A DNA stretch of 64,000 nucleotides. Source: Bdellovibrionales bacterium (GTDB taxonomy: Bacteria; Bdellovibrionota; Bdellovibrionia; Bdellovibrionales; UBA1609). Shown piece after piece: positions 8,206 to 17,270 of this stretch (the stretch's first letter is position 1; each line of letters opens with the position of its first letter). The notes under the pieces were generated by a model, which saw only the letters and a list, made by a program, of their open reading frames with translations, did not search any database and was not told the DNA's origin. The stretch spans positions 352,040 through 416,039 of the forward strand of contig CBDBBW010000006.1 of assembly GCA_965203225.1 (NCBI GenBank), read 5' to 3'. Both the position numbers and the translations under genes were made by a program.

Positions 8206-9210
8206 ATGACTGATTTAAGTTTTAAACAGATAATTGCTATAAACGCCGGAACCTTAAAAAAGGCAGGGTCCGTTCTATTGCCGTTTGCCTTAAACTTCTT
8301 TTTTGCTCTTTCTTCCTTTGCTAACAGTAAAACAGGTTCTTCCGACAATTGTTTAAACTTGTTTCAAACAGATAAGACTAACCCAACTGATGCGACTACA
8401 AATATCGCGGATGTAAAGGAATATAAAAACAAGGATTTACTGAACGCCGCTAGGATGAGTGATATAGAAAAAGTGAAAGATTTAATAAGAGATGGAGCGG
8501 AGGTAGAGGCTGTAGATATAAATGGAAAAACGGCTTTGATTTTTGCTGCTATTAAGGGTAATACAGAAATAGTGGAAGCTTTAATAAGAGCTGGAGCGGA
8601 GGTAGAAGCTGTAGATATAAATGGAAAAACGGCTTTGATTTTTGCCGCTATGAATGATCATACAAAAATAGTGAAAGCTTTAATAAAAGCTGGAGTGGAT
8701 GTAAAGGCTGTAGATAGCTTTGGAAACACGGCTTTGATTTTTGCCGCTATTAAGGGTAATACAGAAATAGTGGAAGCTTTAATAAAAGCTGGAGCGGATG
8801 TAAAGGCTGTAACTATCTCTGGAATCACGACTTTGATGTTTGCCGCTATAAAGGATCATGGTCATACAAAAATAGTGAAAGCTTTAATAAAAGCTGGAGT
8901 GGATGTAAAGGCTGTAGATAGCTTTGGAAACACGGCTTTGATTTTTGCCGCTATTAAGGGTAATACAGAAATAGTGAAAGCTTTAATAAAAGCTGGAGCG
9001 GATGTAAAGGCTGTAAATAAAAATGGAGACACGGCTTTGATTTTAGCCGCTAGTGAGGGTCATACAGAAATAGTGGAAGCTTTAATAAAAGCTGGAGCAG
9101 ATTTAAAGGCTGTAAATAAATATAGAGAAACAGCTTTGAGTTCAGCCTATATGAATGGTCATGAAAAAACAGTGAAAGTTTTAGTAGAAGCTGGAGCGAA
9201 GCGGATGTAA
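8206..9210 (+). CDS. secreted ankyrin-repeat protein (8 ANK units)
   Basis: Conserved leader MTDLSFKQIIAINAGTLKKAGSVLLPFALNFFFALSSFAN (Sec-like h-region, SFA-N cleavage-like site), then ANK units, then the family C-terminus VLVEAGAKRM*. Confidence 0.85.
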   Translation: MTDLSFKQIIAINAGTLKKAGSVLLPFALNFFFALSSFANSKTGSSDNCLNLFQTDKTNPTDATTNIADVKEYKNKDLLNAARMSDIEKVKDLIRDGAEVEAVDINGKTALIFAAIKGNTEIVEALIRAGAEVEAVDINGKTALIFAAMNDHTKIVKALIKAGVDVKAVDSFGNTALIFAAIKGNTEIVEALIKAGADVKAVTISGITTLMFAAIKDHGHTKIVKALIKAGVDVKAVDSFGNTALIFAAIKGNTEIVKALIKAGADVKAVNKNGDTALILAASEGHTEIVEALIKAGADLKAVNKYRETALSSAYMNGHEKTVKVLVEAGAKRM

Positions 9211-9459
9211 ATGTTTTAAAAGAAATACATAAAGGAGATTAAGGAGAACAAGATGCACAGAGGCCAAGTGAAAAAGCGGCCAATAAACACTAGCCGGAAA
9301 GTGTTAAAAAACTCAAAACCTATTTTCAACTAATTTTTTTGTCTATTTTTGTAAAATTTACTCACATTCACTAACTTTTTCAATTTTCAACTAATTTTCT
9401 TACTTATGTTTATAAAAACTGTTATAAAATTTTTTTTAGATATTATAAATATTTATAAT
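9211..9459 (+). repeat. conserved inter-cassette spacer, copy 2
   Basis: Same sequence family as 7969-8205. Confidence 0.9.
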
Positions 9460-10656
9460 ATGACTGACTTAAGTTTTAAACAGATAATTGCTATAAACGC
9501 CGGAAACTTAAAAAAGGCAGGGGCTGTTCTATTGCCGTTTGCCTTAAACTTCTGTTTTGCTCTTTCTTCCTTTGCTAACAGTAAAACAGGTTCTTCCGAC
9601 AATTGTTTAAACTTGTTTCAAACAGATAAGACTAACCCAGCTGATGCGACTACAAATATCGCGGATGTAAAGGAATATAAAAACAAGGATTTACTGACCG
9701 CCGCTAGGATGGGTGATATACAAAAATTGAAAGATTTAATAAAAGATGGAGCGGATGTAAAGTTTGCAGATAACGATGGAGTCACGGCTTTGATAGTAGC
9801 CGCTAGGGAGGGTCATACAAAAATAGTGGAAGCTTTAATAAATGCTGGAGCGGAGGTAAATGCAAATAGCTTTGGAGTCACGGCTTTGATAGTAGCCTCT
9901 ATAATGGGTCATATAAAAATAGTGAAAGCTTTAATAAGTGCTGGAGCGAATGTAGAGGCTGTAAATAGATTTGGACACACGGCTTTGATAGTAGCCGCTA
10001 GGGAGGGTCATACAAAAATAGTGGAAGCTTTAATAAATGCTGGAGCGGAGGTAAAGGCTGTAGATATACATGGAGAACCGGCTTTGATATTTGCGGTTAT
10101 GATGGGTCATACAAAAATAGTGGAAGCTTTAATAAGTGCTGGAGCGGATGCAAAGTTTGCAAATAGCTTTGGAGTCACGGCTTTGATAGTAGCCGCTATA
10201 GAGGGTCATACAAAAACAGTGAAAGCTTTAATAAGTGCTGGAGCGGAGGTAAATGCAAATAGCTTTGGACTCGAACTCACGGCTTTGATAGTAGCCTCTA
10301 TAATGGGTCATATAAAAACAGTGAAAGCTTTAATAAGTGCTGGAGCGGAGGTAAAGGCTGTAAATAGCCGTAGAAACACGGCTTTGATTTTTGCCTCTAT
10401 AATGGGTGATATAAAAATAGTGAAAGCTTTAATAAATGCTGGAGCGGAGGTAAAGGCTGTAAATAGCAGTAGAAATACGGCTTTGATATTTGCGGTTATG
10501 ATGGGTCATACAAAAATAGTGGAAGCTCTAATAAGTGCTGGAGCGGAGGTAAAGGCTGTAAATAAATATGGAGAAACAGCTTTGAGTTTAGCCTCTATGA
10601 GGGGTTATAAAGAAATAGTGAAAGTTTTAGTAAAAGCTGGAGCGAAGCGGATGTAA
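9460..10656 (+). CDS. secreted ankyrin-repeat protein (10 ANK units)
   Basis: The ATG at 9460 gives the conserved MTDLSFKQ leader. The 9406 start in the ORF track runs through leader DNA that is non-coding in the paralogs. Ends VLVKAGAKRM*. Confidence 0.85.
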   Translation: MTDLSFKQIIAINAGNLKKAGAVLLPFALNFCFALSSFANSKTGSSDNCLNLFQTDKTNPADATTNIADVKEYKNKDLLTAARMGDIQKLKDLIKDGADVKFADNDGVTALIVAAREGHTKIVEALINAGAEVNANSFGVTALIVASIMGHIKIVKALISAGANVEAVNRFGHTALIVAAREGHTKIVEALINAGAEVKAVDIHGEPALIFAVMMGHTKIVEALISAGADAKFANSFGVTALIVAAIEGHTKTVKALISAGAEVNANSFGLELTALIVASIMGHIKTVKALISAGAEVKAVNSRRNTALIFASIMGDIKIVKALINAGAEVKAVNSSRNTALIFAVMMGHTKIVEALISAGAEVKAVNKYGETALSLASMRGYKEIVKVLVKAGAKRM

Positions 10657-10919
10657 ATGTTTTAAAAGAAATACATAAAGGAGATTAAGGAGAACGAGAT
10701 GCACAGAGGCCAAGTGAAAAAGCGGCCAATAAACACTAGCCGGAAAGTGTTAAAAAACTTAAAAACTATTTTCAACTAATTTTTTATCTATTTTTGTAAA
10801 ATTTACTCACATTCACTAACTTTTTCAATTTTCAACTAATTTTCTTACTTATTTTTATAAAAACTGTTATAAAAATTTTTTTAGATATTATAAATATTTA
10901 TGTTATAAATATTTATAAT
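10657..10919 (+). repeat. conserved inter-cassette spacer, copy 3
   Basis: Same family, with a small internal duplication (ataaatatttat x2) just before the ATG. Confidence 0.9.
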
Positions 10920-11987
10920 ATGACTGATTTAAGTTTTAAGCAGATAATTGCTATAAACGCCGGAACCTTAAAAAAGGCAGGGTCTGTTCTATTGCTGTTT
11001 GCCTTAAACTTCTTTTTTGCTCTTTCTTCCTTTGCTAACATTAAAACAGTTCATTCCAACAATTGTTCAAAATTGTTTCAAGATAAGCCTAAACCTAAAA
11101 ATATAGCGGATATAAAGGAATATAAAAACAAGGATTTACTGAACGCCGCTAGGATGGGTGATATACAAAAAGTGGAAGATTTAATAAACGATGGAGCGGA
11201 TGTAAAGTTTGAAGATAACGATGGAGTCACAGCTTTGATATTAGCCGCTATGGAAGGTCATACAAAAATAGTGAAAGCTTTAATAAGTGCTGGAGCGGAG
11301 GTAAATGCAAATAGCTCTGGACTCACGGCTTTGATAGTAGCCTCTATAAAGGGTTATAAAGAAATAGTGGAAATTTTAACAAGAGCTGGAGCGGAGGTAG
11401 AGGCTGTAAATATAGCTGGAAAAACAGCTTTGATGTCAGCCGCTATTGAGGGTTATATAAAAGCTTCAATAAGTGCTGGAACAGATGTAAAGTTTGCAGA
11501 TAACGATGGAGTCACGGCTTTGATATTAGCCGCTATGGAGGGTCATAAAAACACAGTGAAAGCTTTAATAAGAGCTGGAGCGGATGTAAAGGCAAATAGC
11601 TCTGGACTCACGGCTTTGATTTTTGCCGCTATGAATGGTCATATAAAAACAATGGAACCTTTAATAAGCGCTGGAGCTGATGTAGAGGCTGTAGATATCT
11701 TTGGAAAAACGGCTTTGATTTACGCCGCTATGAATGGTCATATAAAAACAATGGAACTTTTAATAAGTTTTGAAGCGGATGTAAAGGCTGTAGATATAGA
11801 TGGAAACACGGCTTTGATTTACGCCGCTATGAATGGTCATATAAAAACAATGGAACTTTTAATAAGTGCTGGAGTGGATGTAAAGGCTGTAAATAAATAT
11901 GGAGAAACAGCTTTGAGTTTAGCCCTTATTATGGGTCATGAAAAAACAGCGAAAGTTTTAGTAAAAGCTGGAGCGAAGCGGATGTAA
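10920..11987 (+). CDS. secreted ankyrin-repeat protein (9 ANK units)
   Basis: Conserved leader, ANK units, and C-terminus VLVKAGAKRM*. Confidence 0.85.
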   Translation: MTDLSFKQIIAINAGTLKKAGSVLLLFALNFFFALSSFANIKTVHSNNCSKLFQDKPKPKNIADIKEYKNKDLLNAARMGDIQKVEDLINDGADVKFEDNDGVTALILAAMEGHTKIVKALISAGAEVNANSSGLTALIVASIKGYKEIVEILTRAGAEVEAVNIAGKTALMSAAIEGYIKASISAGTDVKFADNDGVTALILAAMEGHKNTVKALIRAGADVKANSSGLTALIFAAMNGHIKTMEPLISAGADVEAVDIFGKTALIYAAMNGHIKTMELLISFEADVKAVDIDGNTALIYAAMNGHIKTMELLISAGVDVKAVNKYGETALSLALIMGHEKTAKVLVKAGAKRM

Positions 11988-12180
11988 ATGTTTTAAAAGA
12001 AATACATAAAGGAGATTAAGGAGAACAAGATGCACAGAGGCCAAGTGAAAAAGCGGCCAATAAACACTAGTCGGAATTTGTTAAAAAACTCAAAACCTAT
12101 TTTCAACTAATTTTTTTACTGAATTTTTATAAAAACTGTTATAAAATTTTTTTTAGATGTAATAAATATTTATTATAATT
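11988..12180 (+). repeat. orphan inter-cassette spacer (trailer + leader DNA with no gene after it)
   Basis: The full 3' trailer is present, plus leader DNA shortened by a deletion between the two ttcaactaattt sub-repeats. It ends ..aataaatatttattataattaaagg where the paralogs have ATGACTGA. Confidence 0.85.
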
Positions 12181-12202
12181 AAAGGAAATGGCCGGCGCCG
12201 AC

Positions 12203-14302
12203 TTAAGATGAGCTGGAAAGAATTTGTTTTGACATTTTATTCGGTACAGGCAGATATTCACACATTCTCATGGAAAAGGAGGCTCGTCCCTGACTGATGG
12301 AGCGAAGCTCAGTGGCGTAACCAAACAAATGCAGTAAGGGAGCCTGCGCCTTTATCACCTGTAGATGATTTTCCAAACTTACACTCTCCACCTTGGCTCG
12401 ACGAGCGTTCAGATCACTCATTATACCGCCTAAAAATTCGTCCGGCGTGGTAATCTCCAAATCAAATATTGGTTCCAGAAGCTGGCTCACGCCGTTAATC
12501 AAAGCATTTCTGAAAGCCTGAACCCCCGCCGCCTGAAACGCCGTTTTCACAGCAGACTCATTTTCCCCTTGATACTCCGCTTTGAGCAAAGATACCTTGA
12601 TTCCCAAAAGACGATACCCCATCAATACCCCCGTATACGAGGAATCCTCCACCGCTTTTTGAATAGCCGACACAAAATCCTCCGGCAGTGATTCTGCAAG
12701 ATGATTTTCAAACACCGGACTTTTTAGATTTTTATCCGGATCTATTTTTAAAGTAACCCGGGCACAGTATTTCTGTCCGCCGGTTTCCTTGTTAAAAGAC
12801 CCTTCACCTTGCGTTGTATTCAACACAGTTTCCCTGTAAGACACTCTGGGCAAGCCCGTATTCACCTTCACTTTATAGTCCTGCACAAGACGATGAATCA
12901 AAACTTCCAGATGCAATTCCCCCATTCCCATCAGAAGAGTTTGCCCTGTCTCCACATCAGAGGAAATCTGACAGGAAGGATCCTCTATTTGCACAGTTTT
13001 CAAGGCATTTATCATTTTTTTCTGATCCACCGAAGACTTAGGTTCCACAACCATGGAAATCACCGGTTCGGGAAAAGAAATGGACTCCAGGGAAACAAGG
13101 TGGGGGGGCTGGCAGAGAGTATCTCCCGTGCCGGTCCACTTAAGCCCCAAAACAGCTCCTATATCCCCTGCTTTTAAAAAAGGCACTTCCTCTCTTGCTT
13201 TGGAATGAATTTTCAACAATTTTTGTATTCTTTCTTTTTTGCCTTCTCTTGTGTTCAATAATTGAATCCCTTTTTTTAACACTCCAGAGTACACGCGAAT
13301 ATAAGTAAGATGGCCCACAAAGGAATCCTCCATCAATTTAAAGGCGAACGCGCAGGCCGGCTGTTCAAAATCAGTAAAGCATGAAATCTTCTGTCCTTGT
13401 TTTGTTCCGTATCCCTCACCTTCAATAGGAGGCAGATCCAGAGGCCCGGGCAGGTAATCCAATACGGCGGAGATGATCTGCTGAACTCCCTTGTTTTTAA
13501 AAGCGGATCCGCAAAATATGGGAGTGATTTGCAAATTTAACACCGCTTTCCTGAGAGCCTGTTTTATGTCCTCCACGGAAATAACTGATTCGGTAAGATA
13601 CTGTTTCATCACTTTGTCGTCTGCCGTAGCCAATTGCTCAATAATCCGTTCTCTCATTTCCCGCACAGACGATTCATACTCCTTAGGAATGGGAACAGTG
13701 GAATACTTCTCCCCCAATTCATCCTGATCCCATACAAAGGCTTTCATCTCCACCAGATCAATGACACCTGCAAAATCCCCTTCCGCTCCAATAGGAATCT
13801 GCAGACACACTGGAACGGCTTTCAGTTTGTCAGAAATAGAACGCACGCCGGCCGTAAAATCAGCTCCTACACGATCCATTTTATTTATGAAACAAATACG
13901 CGGAACATGATATTTATCCGCCTGCCGCCACACGGTTTCACTTTGCGGCTCCACTCCGTTGACGGCGTCAAAAACAACAACAGCTCCATCCAAAACTCTT
14001 AACGATCTTTCCACCTCCACGGTGAAATCCACATGGCCGGGGGTGTCTATGATATTAATGCGATGATCTTTCCAAAAACAGGTGGTGGCGGCAGAGGTGA
14101 TAGTGATACCTCTTTCCTGCTCCTGCTCCATCCAGTCCATAATGGTGTTGCCTTCATGCACTTCACCCATTTTATGGCTTCGGCCCGTATAAAATAAAAT
14201 TCGCTCTGTCAAAGTGGTTTTGCCGGCGTCAATATGAGCGATAATCCCTATATTGCGAGTGCGCTTCAGGTCTTCAACTGTTTTAATTTGCAGGGCTGGC
14301 AA
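12203..14302 (-). CDS. fusA: elongation factor G
   Basis: GTPase motifs [17 protein letters not shown] and NKMD. 699 aa. Lies downstream of rpsL-rpsG. Confidence 0.95.
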   Translation of the reverse strand: MPALQIKTVEDLKRTRNIGIIAHIDAGKTTLTERILFYTGRSHKMGEVHEGNTIMDWMEQEQERGITITSAATTCFWKDHRINIIDTPGHVDFTVEVERSLRVLDGAVVVFDAVNGVEPQSETVWRQADKYHVPRICFINKMDRVGADFTAGVRSISDKLKAVPVCLQIPIGAEGDFAGVIDLVEMKAFVWDQDELGEKYSTVPIPKEYESSVREMRERIIEQLATADDKVMKQYLTESVISVEDIKQALRKAVLNLQITPIFCGSAFKNKGVQQIISAVLDYLPGPLDLPPIEGEGYGTKQGQKISCFTDFEQPACAFAFKLMEDSFVGHLTYIRVYSGVLKKGIQLLNTREGKKERIQKLLKIHSKAREEVPFLKAGDIGAVLGLKWTGTGDTLCQPPHLVSLESISFPEPVISMVVEPKSSVDQKKMINALKTVQIEDPSCQISSDVETGQTLLMGMGELHLEVLIHRLVQDYKVKVNTGLPRVSYRETVLNTTQGEGSFNKETGGQKYCARVTLKIDPDKNLKSPVFENHLAESLPEDFVSAIQKAVEDSSYTGVLMGYRLLGIKVSLLKAEYQGENESAVKTAFQAAGVQAFRNALINGVSQLLEPIFDLEITTPDEFLGGIMSDLNARRAKVESVSLENHLQVIKAQAPLLHLFGYATELRSISQGRASFSMRMCEYLPVPNKMSKQILSSSS

Positions 14303-14342
14303 ATTTTGCCTCTCTTGAATTCATCCGAATTGAATTTTCACA

Positions 14343-14819
14343 CTACCAATTATAATGAGAAAAAGCGCGATTGGATTCGGCCATACGATGCACATCTTCT
14401 TTTTTCTTTATGGAAGCGCCTTTCTTGTTATAAGCGTCCATCAATTCCCCGGCCAGACGATCCACCATTGTTTTTTCTTTTCGAGCGCGGGAATACACAA
14501 TCAACCATCGAACAGCCAAAGCGGATCGGCGAACAGGACGCACATCCACAGGCACCTGATAAGTGGCGCCCCCCACTCGACGGGAACGCACCTCCAAATT
14601 GGGTTTACAGTTGTCTATGGCTTTTTTAAATACGGACACTGCACTTTCTTTGGGATACTGTTTACTGAGAATCTCCAAAGCGCGATACACAATGTTTCGA
14701 GCCAGCTCTTTTTTGCCGTCCCACATGATTTTATTTATAAAATAGGTAATAGTTGTATCCGAATAAACAGGATCCGCTTTGATTTCCCTTTTATGAATTT
14801 TACGATTGCGACGGGACAT
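14343..14819 (-). CDS. rpsG: 30S ribosomal protein S7
   Basis: Typical S7 sequence (MSRRNR..KADPVY.., 158 aa) in the str operon position. Confidence 0.95.
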   Translation of the reverse strand: MSRRNRKIHKREIKADPVYSDTTITYFINKIMWDGKKELARNIVYRALEILSKQYPKESAVSVFKKAIDNCKPNLEVRSRRVGGATYQVPVDVRPVRRSALAVRWLIVYSRARKEKTMVDRLAGELMDAYNKKGASIKKKEDVHRMAESNRAFSHYNW

Positions 14820-14836
14820 AAATACACCTCATGCTT

Positions 14837-15214
14837 TTAACTTTTTTTTGCTCTTTTTGTGCCGTATCGGGAACGGCTCTGTTTTCTGTCTTTCACGCCC
14901 TGAGTATCCAAATGACCCCGAACAATATGATACTTGACCCCTGGTAAATCCTGCACACGGCCACCTCTAACCAAAACCACAGAGTGTTCCTGAAGATTAT
15001 GCCCCTCTCCCGGAATATAAGAGTTAACTTCAAACCCATTGGTCAAACGCACCCGGGCTACCTTACGAATGGCTGAATTGGGTTTTTTGGGTGAACGGGT
15101 GAATACACGGGTACACACCCCCCGCCGTTGAGGACAGCGGGTAAGCGCCGGCGATTTTGTTCTGGCTCTCTGTACTTTTCTGCTGTCGCGAATCAACTGA
15201 TTCAAAGTAGGCAT
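14837..15214 (-). CDS. rpsL: 30S ribosomal protein S12
   Basis: [39 protein letters not shown], 125 aa. Confidence 0.95.
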   Translation of the reverse strand: MPTLNQLIRDSRKVQRARTKSPALTRCPQRRGVCTRVFTRSPKKPNSAIRKVARVRLTNGFEVNSYIPGEGHNLQEHSVVLVRGGRVQDLPGVKYHIVRGHLDTQGVKDRKQSRSRYGTKRAKKS

Positions 15215-15443
15215 AATACTCCCTTCAAAATAATTGAAATATAATAAATTAAAATCAATGTCAGCCTTTTTTTGACCTTTTGTAAAGCTCTTTCACCTAA
15301 ACCCCCTGATTTCCCCTTTTTATCCTCTTTTTTTTTTAAATATCCAATAAATAATTGCTGTGTCCCGTGACTTGATAAAAATGCAATTGAAAAGCTAAAA
15401 AAACCTCCAGCCTGGGAAAATTTTAAATTAACCGGCAGGATTT

Positions 15444-16328
15444 TCAGTAAGTGTAAAAACCTTTACCGGATTTTTTGCCCAGCCGGCCTTCCTTGACATA
15501 TTTTTTCAACAAAGGACAGGGAGCGTACTTCTCCCCCAATCCCTCTTCCAAAACCTCCATGATGGAAAGACAGGTATCCAAGCCGATCAAGTCCGCCAGA
15601 GCCAACGGCCCTACAGGATGATGACAGCCGAGGCGCATGGCTTTATCAATATCCTCCACTTTGGAAACAGAGTCCATCAGAACGAACACAGCGGAGTTAA
15701 TCATGGGCATAAGAACCCGATTCACTATAAACCCAGGCTGATCCCCGGAATACACCGCCACCTTATCCAAAAACAAAGTAAACTGATATAATTTTTCAGA
15801 AACCGCCTCCGCTGTCTGACCTGTTCGAATCACCTCCACCAATTTCATCAAAGGCACCGGATTCATAAAGTGAAGTCCAGCCACCCTTTCCGGATGAGAG
15901 ACCGCTTCGGCCAGCCGAGCAAGAGGAATGGAGGAGGTGTTGCTGACAATAATAGTGCCCGTGGAAGACACATCAGAAATCTGTTTAAACACTTTTTGTT
16001 TCAACTTCTGATTTTCCGGCACAGCTTCAATCACCAGTTCGTCACCCGCAAAGCGGACAAACTCCTCATCCGCTGCGCCCCCGGCCTTCTTTTTTATATC
16101 ACCGATTTCAGAAACAAAATGGATTTTTCGCAATACCTCATCGGGAGTTAGGGTGATAAGCTTTTTCTCATAAAGTTTATTTAAACTGCTTGTGATTTTT
16201 TTTCGCGCGTTTTCCAAACTCCCCACTCCGGGATCCAACAAACAAACAAATATATTTTTTTGAGCTATGACCTGAGCAATACCACTGCCCATCTGACCTG
16301 CCCCTACAACAGTCACTCGTGAAAACAT
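15444..16328 (-). CDS. hbd: 3-hydroxybutyryl-CoA / 3-hydroxyacyl-CoA dehydrogenase
   Basis: N-terminal Rossmann motif VVGAGQMGSGIA, NTSS, and the HFMNPVPLMKLVEVI catalytic region. 294 aa. Confidence 0.85.
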   Translation of the reverse strand: MFSRVTVVGAGQMGSGIAQVIAQKNIFVCLLDPGVGSLENARKKITSSLNKLYEKKLITLTPDEVLRKIHFVSEIGDIKKKAGGAADEEFVRFAGDELVIEAVPENQKLKQKVFKQISDVSSTGTIIVSNTSSIPLARLAEAVSHPERVAGLHFMNPVPLMKLVEVIRTGQTAEAVSEKLYQFTLFLDKVAVYSGDQPGFIVNRVLMPMINSAVFVLMDSVSKVEDIDKAMRLGCHHPVGPLALADLIGLDTCLSIMEVLEEGLGEKYAPCPLLKKYVKEGRLGKKSGKGFYTY

Positions 16329-16512
16329 AAGAAACTCTCCTTTTCCCTTTTTGTAAATATCTCAAAACTGCTCTGAACACTTTTCAACTTTATGGGTCTG
16401 ACAATCCCTTTTTTACCGGTTGCACCGGCAAAGAAAATCCATTTGAAGACCTCCATAGAACTCTTAAGGACAAAATAAAATAGGGAGAATGCAATGCATC
16501 AAAAGATATCGC

Positions 16513-17217
16513 CTAGCTTGAGGTAAATACAGAACAAGTGTGAATTTTAAAATTACCCAACACGCCGCTGGCTCCCGGTGTTCTTCCATCCCAATACTGA
16601 GCGTTTTCGAAACCAATCTGTCCGGTAAAAAAATTGGAATTAAATGTGCCTTTCAAAGTGACTTTCTTTAAACCATTTGAGCCAGTGAAAGTAAAAAGCA
16701 AATTGGCCTGATTACCGTTCACAGTTCCGCTAACCCCGTTAAATACCACACTAATAGGCTGTAGGGCCTGACCTGTTGTGTACTTTTCCCCGACTATACT
16801 GTCTTGGATAATCATTTCAATTTGGGAAGAGGCCGGATTCATGGTTAAATTCTGATTGGGGCCATTGCTGTTAAAATTGCCATTCAACACCACTGTAGCA
16901 CGAAACAAAATACCACCATTATCACTTGGTTTACAACTGATACTTTTGACTCCCTGTTTAGGGTCGTTGGGATCAGTGCTTGATCCACTGGACACAAAAC
17001 CCAAAAAGCCCTGATCCTGATCACTGCCGCTAATGCAGGTTATACCACCATATTTACCGTCAGACGCCGCACAGGCGGCACTGGAATTAGGACTTCCAAG
17101 GTTGCTTCCTCCCGGATTAAAAGGTGCATTACCACTTCCACCTCCATATTTATCGTTCTCCGCACAGGAAATAATCCAAAATATCGTCAAAAATAAAACT
17201 ACGTTTCGAGTTATCAT
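16513..17217 (-). CDS. putative lipoprotein, Gly/Ser/Asn-rich
   Basis: An internal ATG (17217) gives MITRNVVLFLTIFWIISC with a lipobox-like IISC. No family recognised. Confidence 0.45.
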   Translation of the reverse strand: MITRNVVLFLTIFWIISCAENDKYGGGSGNAPFNPGGSNLGSPNSSAACAASDGKYGGITCISGSDQDQGFLGFVSSGSSTDPNDPKQGVKSISCKPSDNGGILFRATVVLNGNFNSNGPNQNLTMNPASSQIEMIIQDSIVGEKYTTGQALQPISVVFNGVSGTVNGNQANLLFTFTGSNGLKKVTLKGTFNSNFFTGQIGFENAQYWDGRTPGASGVLGNFKIHTCSVFTSS

Positions 17218-17270
17218 ATATCCCCTTTTGAACAAAGATAAATCTTTATCGGCGCACAATCACTGTTTAT

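Noticed and set aside
9406-9459. Upstream start (MFIKTVIKFF..) for the second full ANK gene
   Set aside because: This stretch is the conserved non-coding leader DNA found before all the paralogs. The conserved protein leader begins at the ATG at 9460.
12809-14002. Several 75-122-aa ORFs antisense to fusA; similar antisense ORFs occur inside actB (28048-30201), uvrA, maeB and the thiolase gene (19577-20131)
   Set aside because: All lie entirely within strongly supported conserved genes on the opposite strand. They have atypical composition and no recognisable motifs, so they are shadow ORFs.
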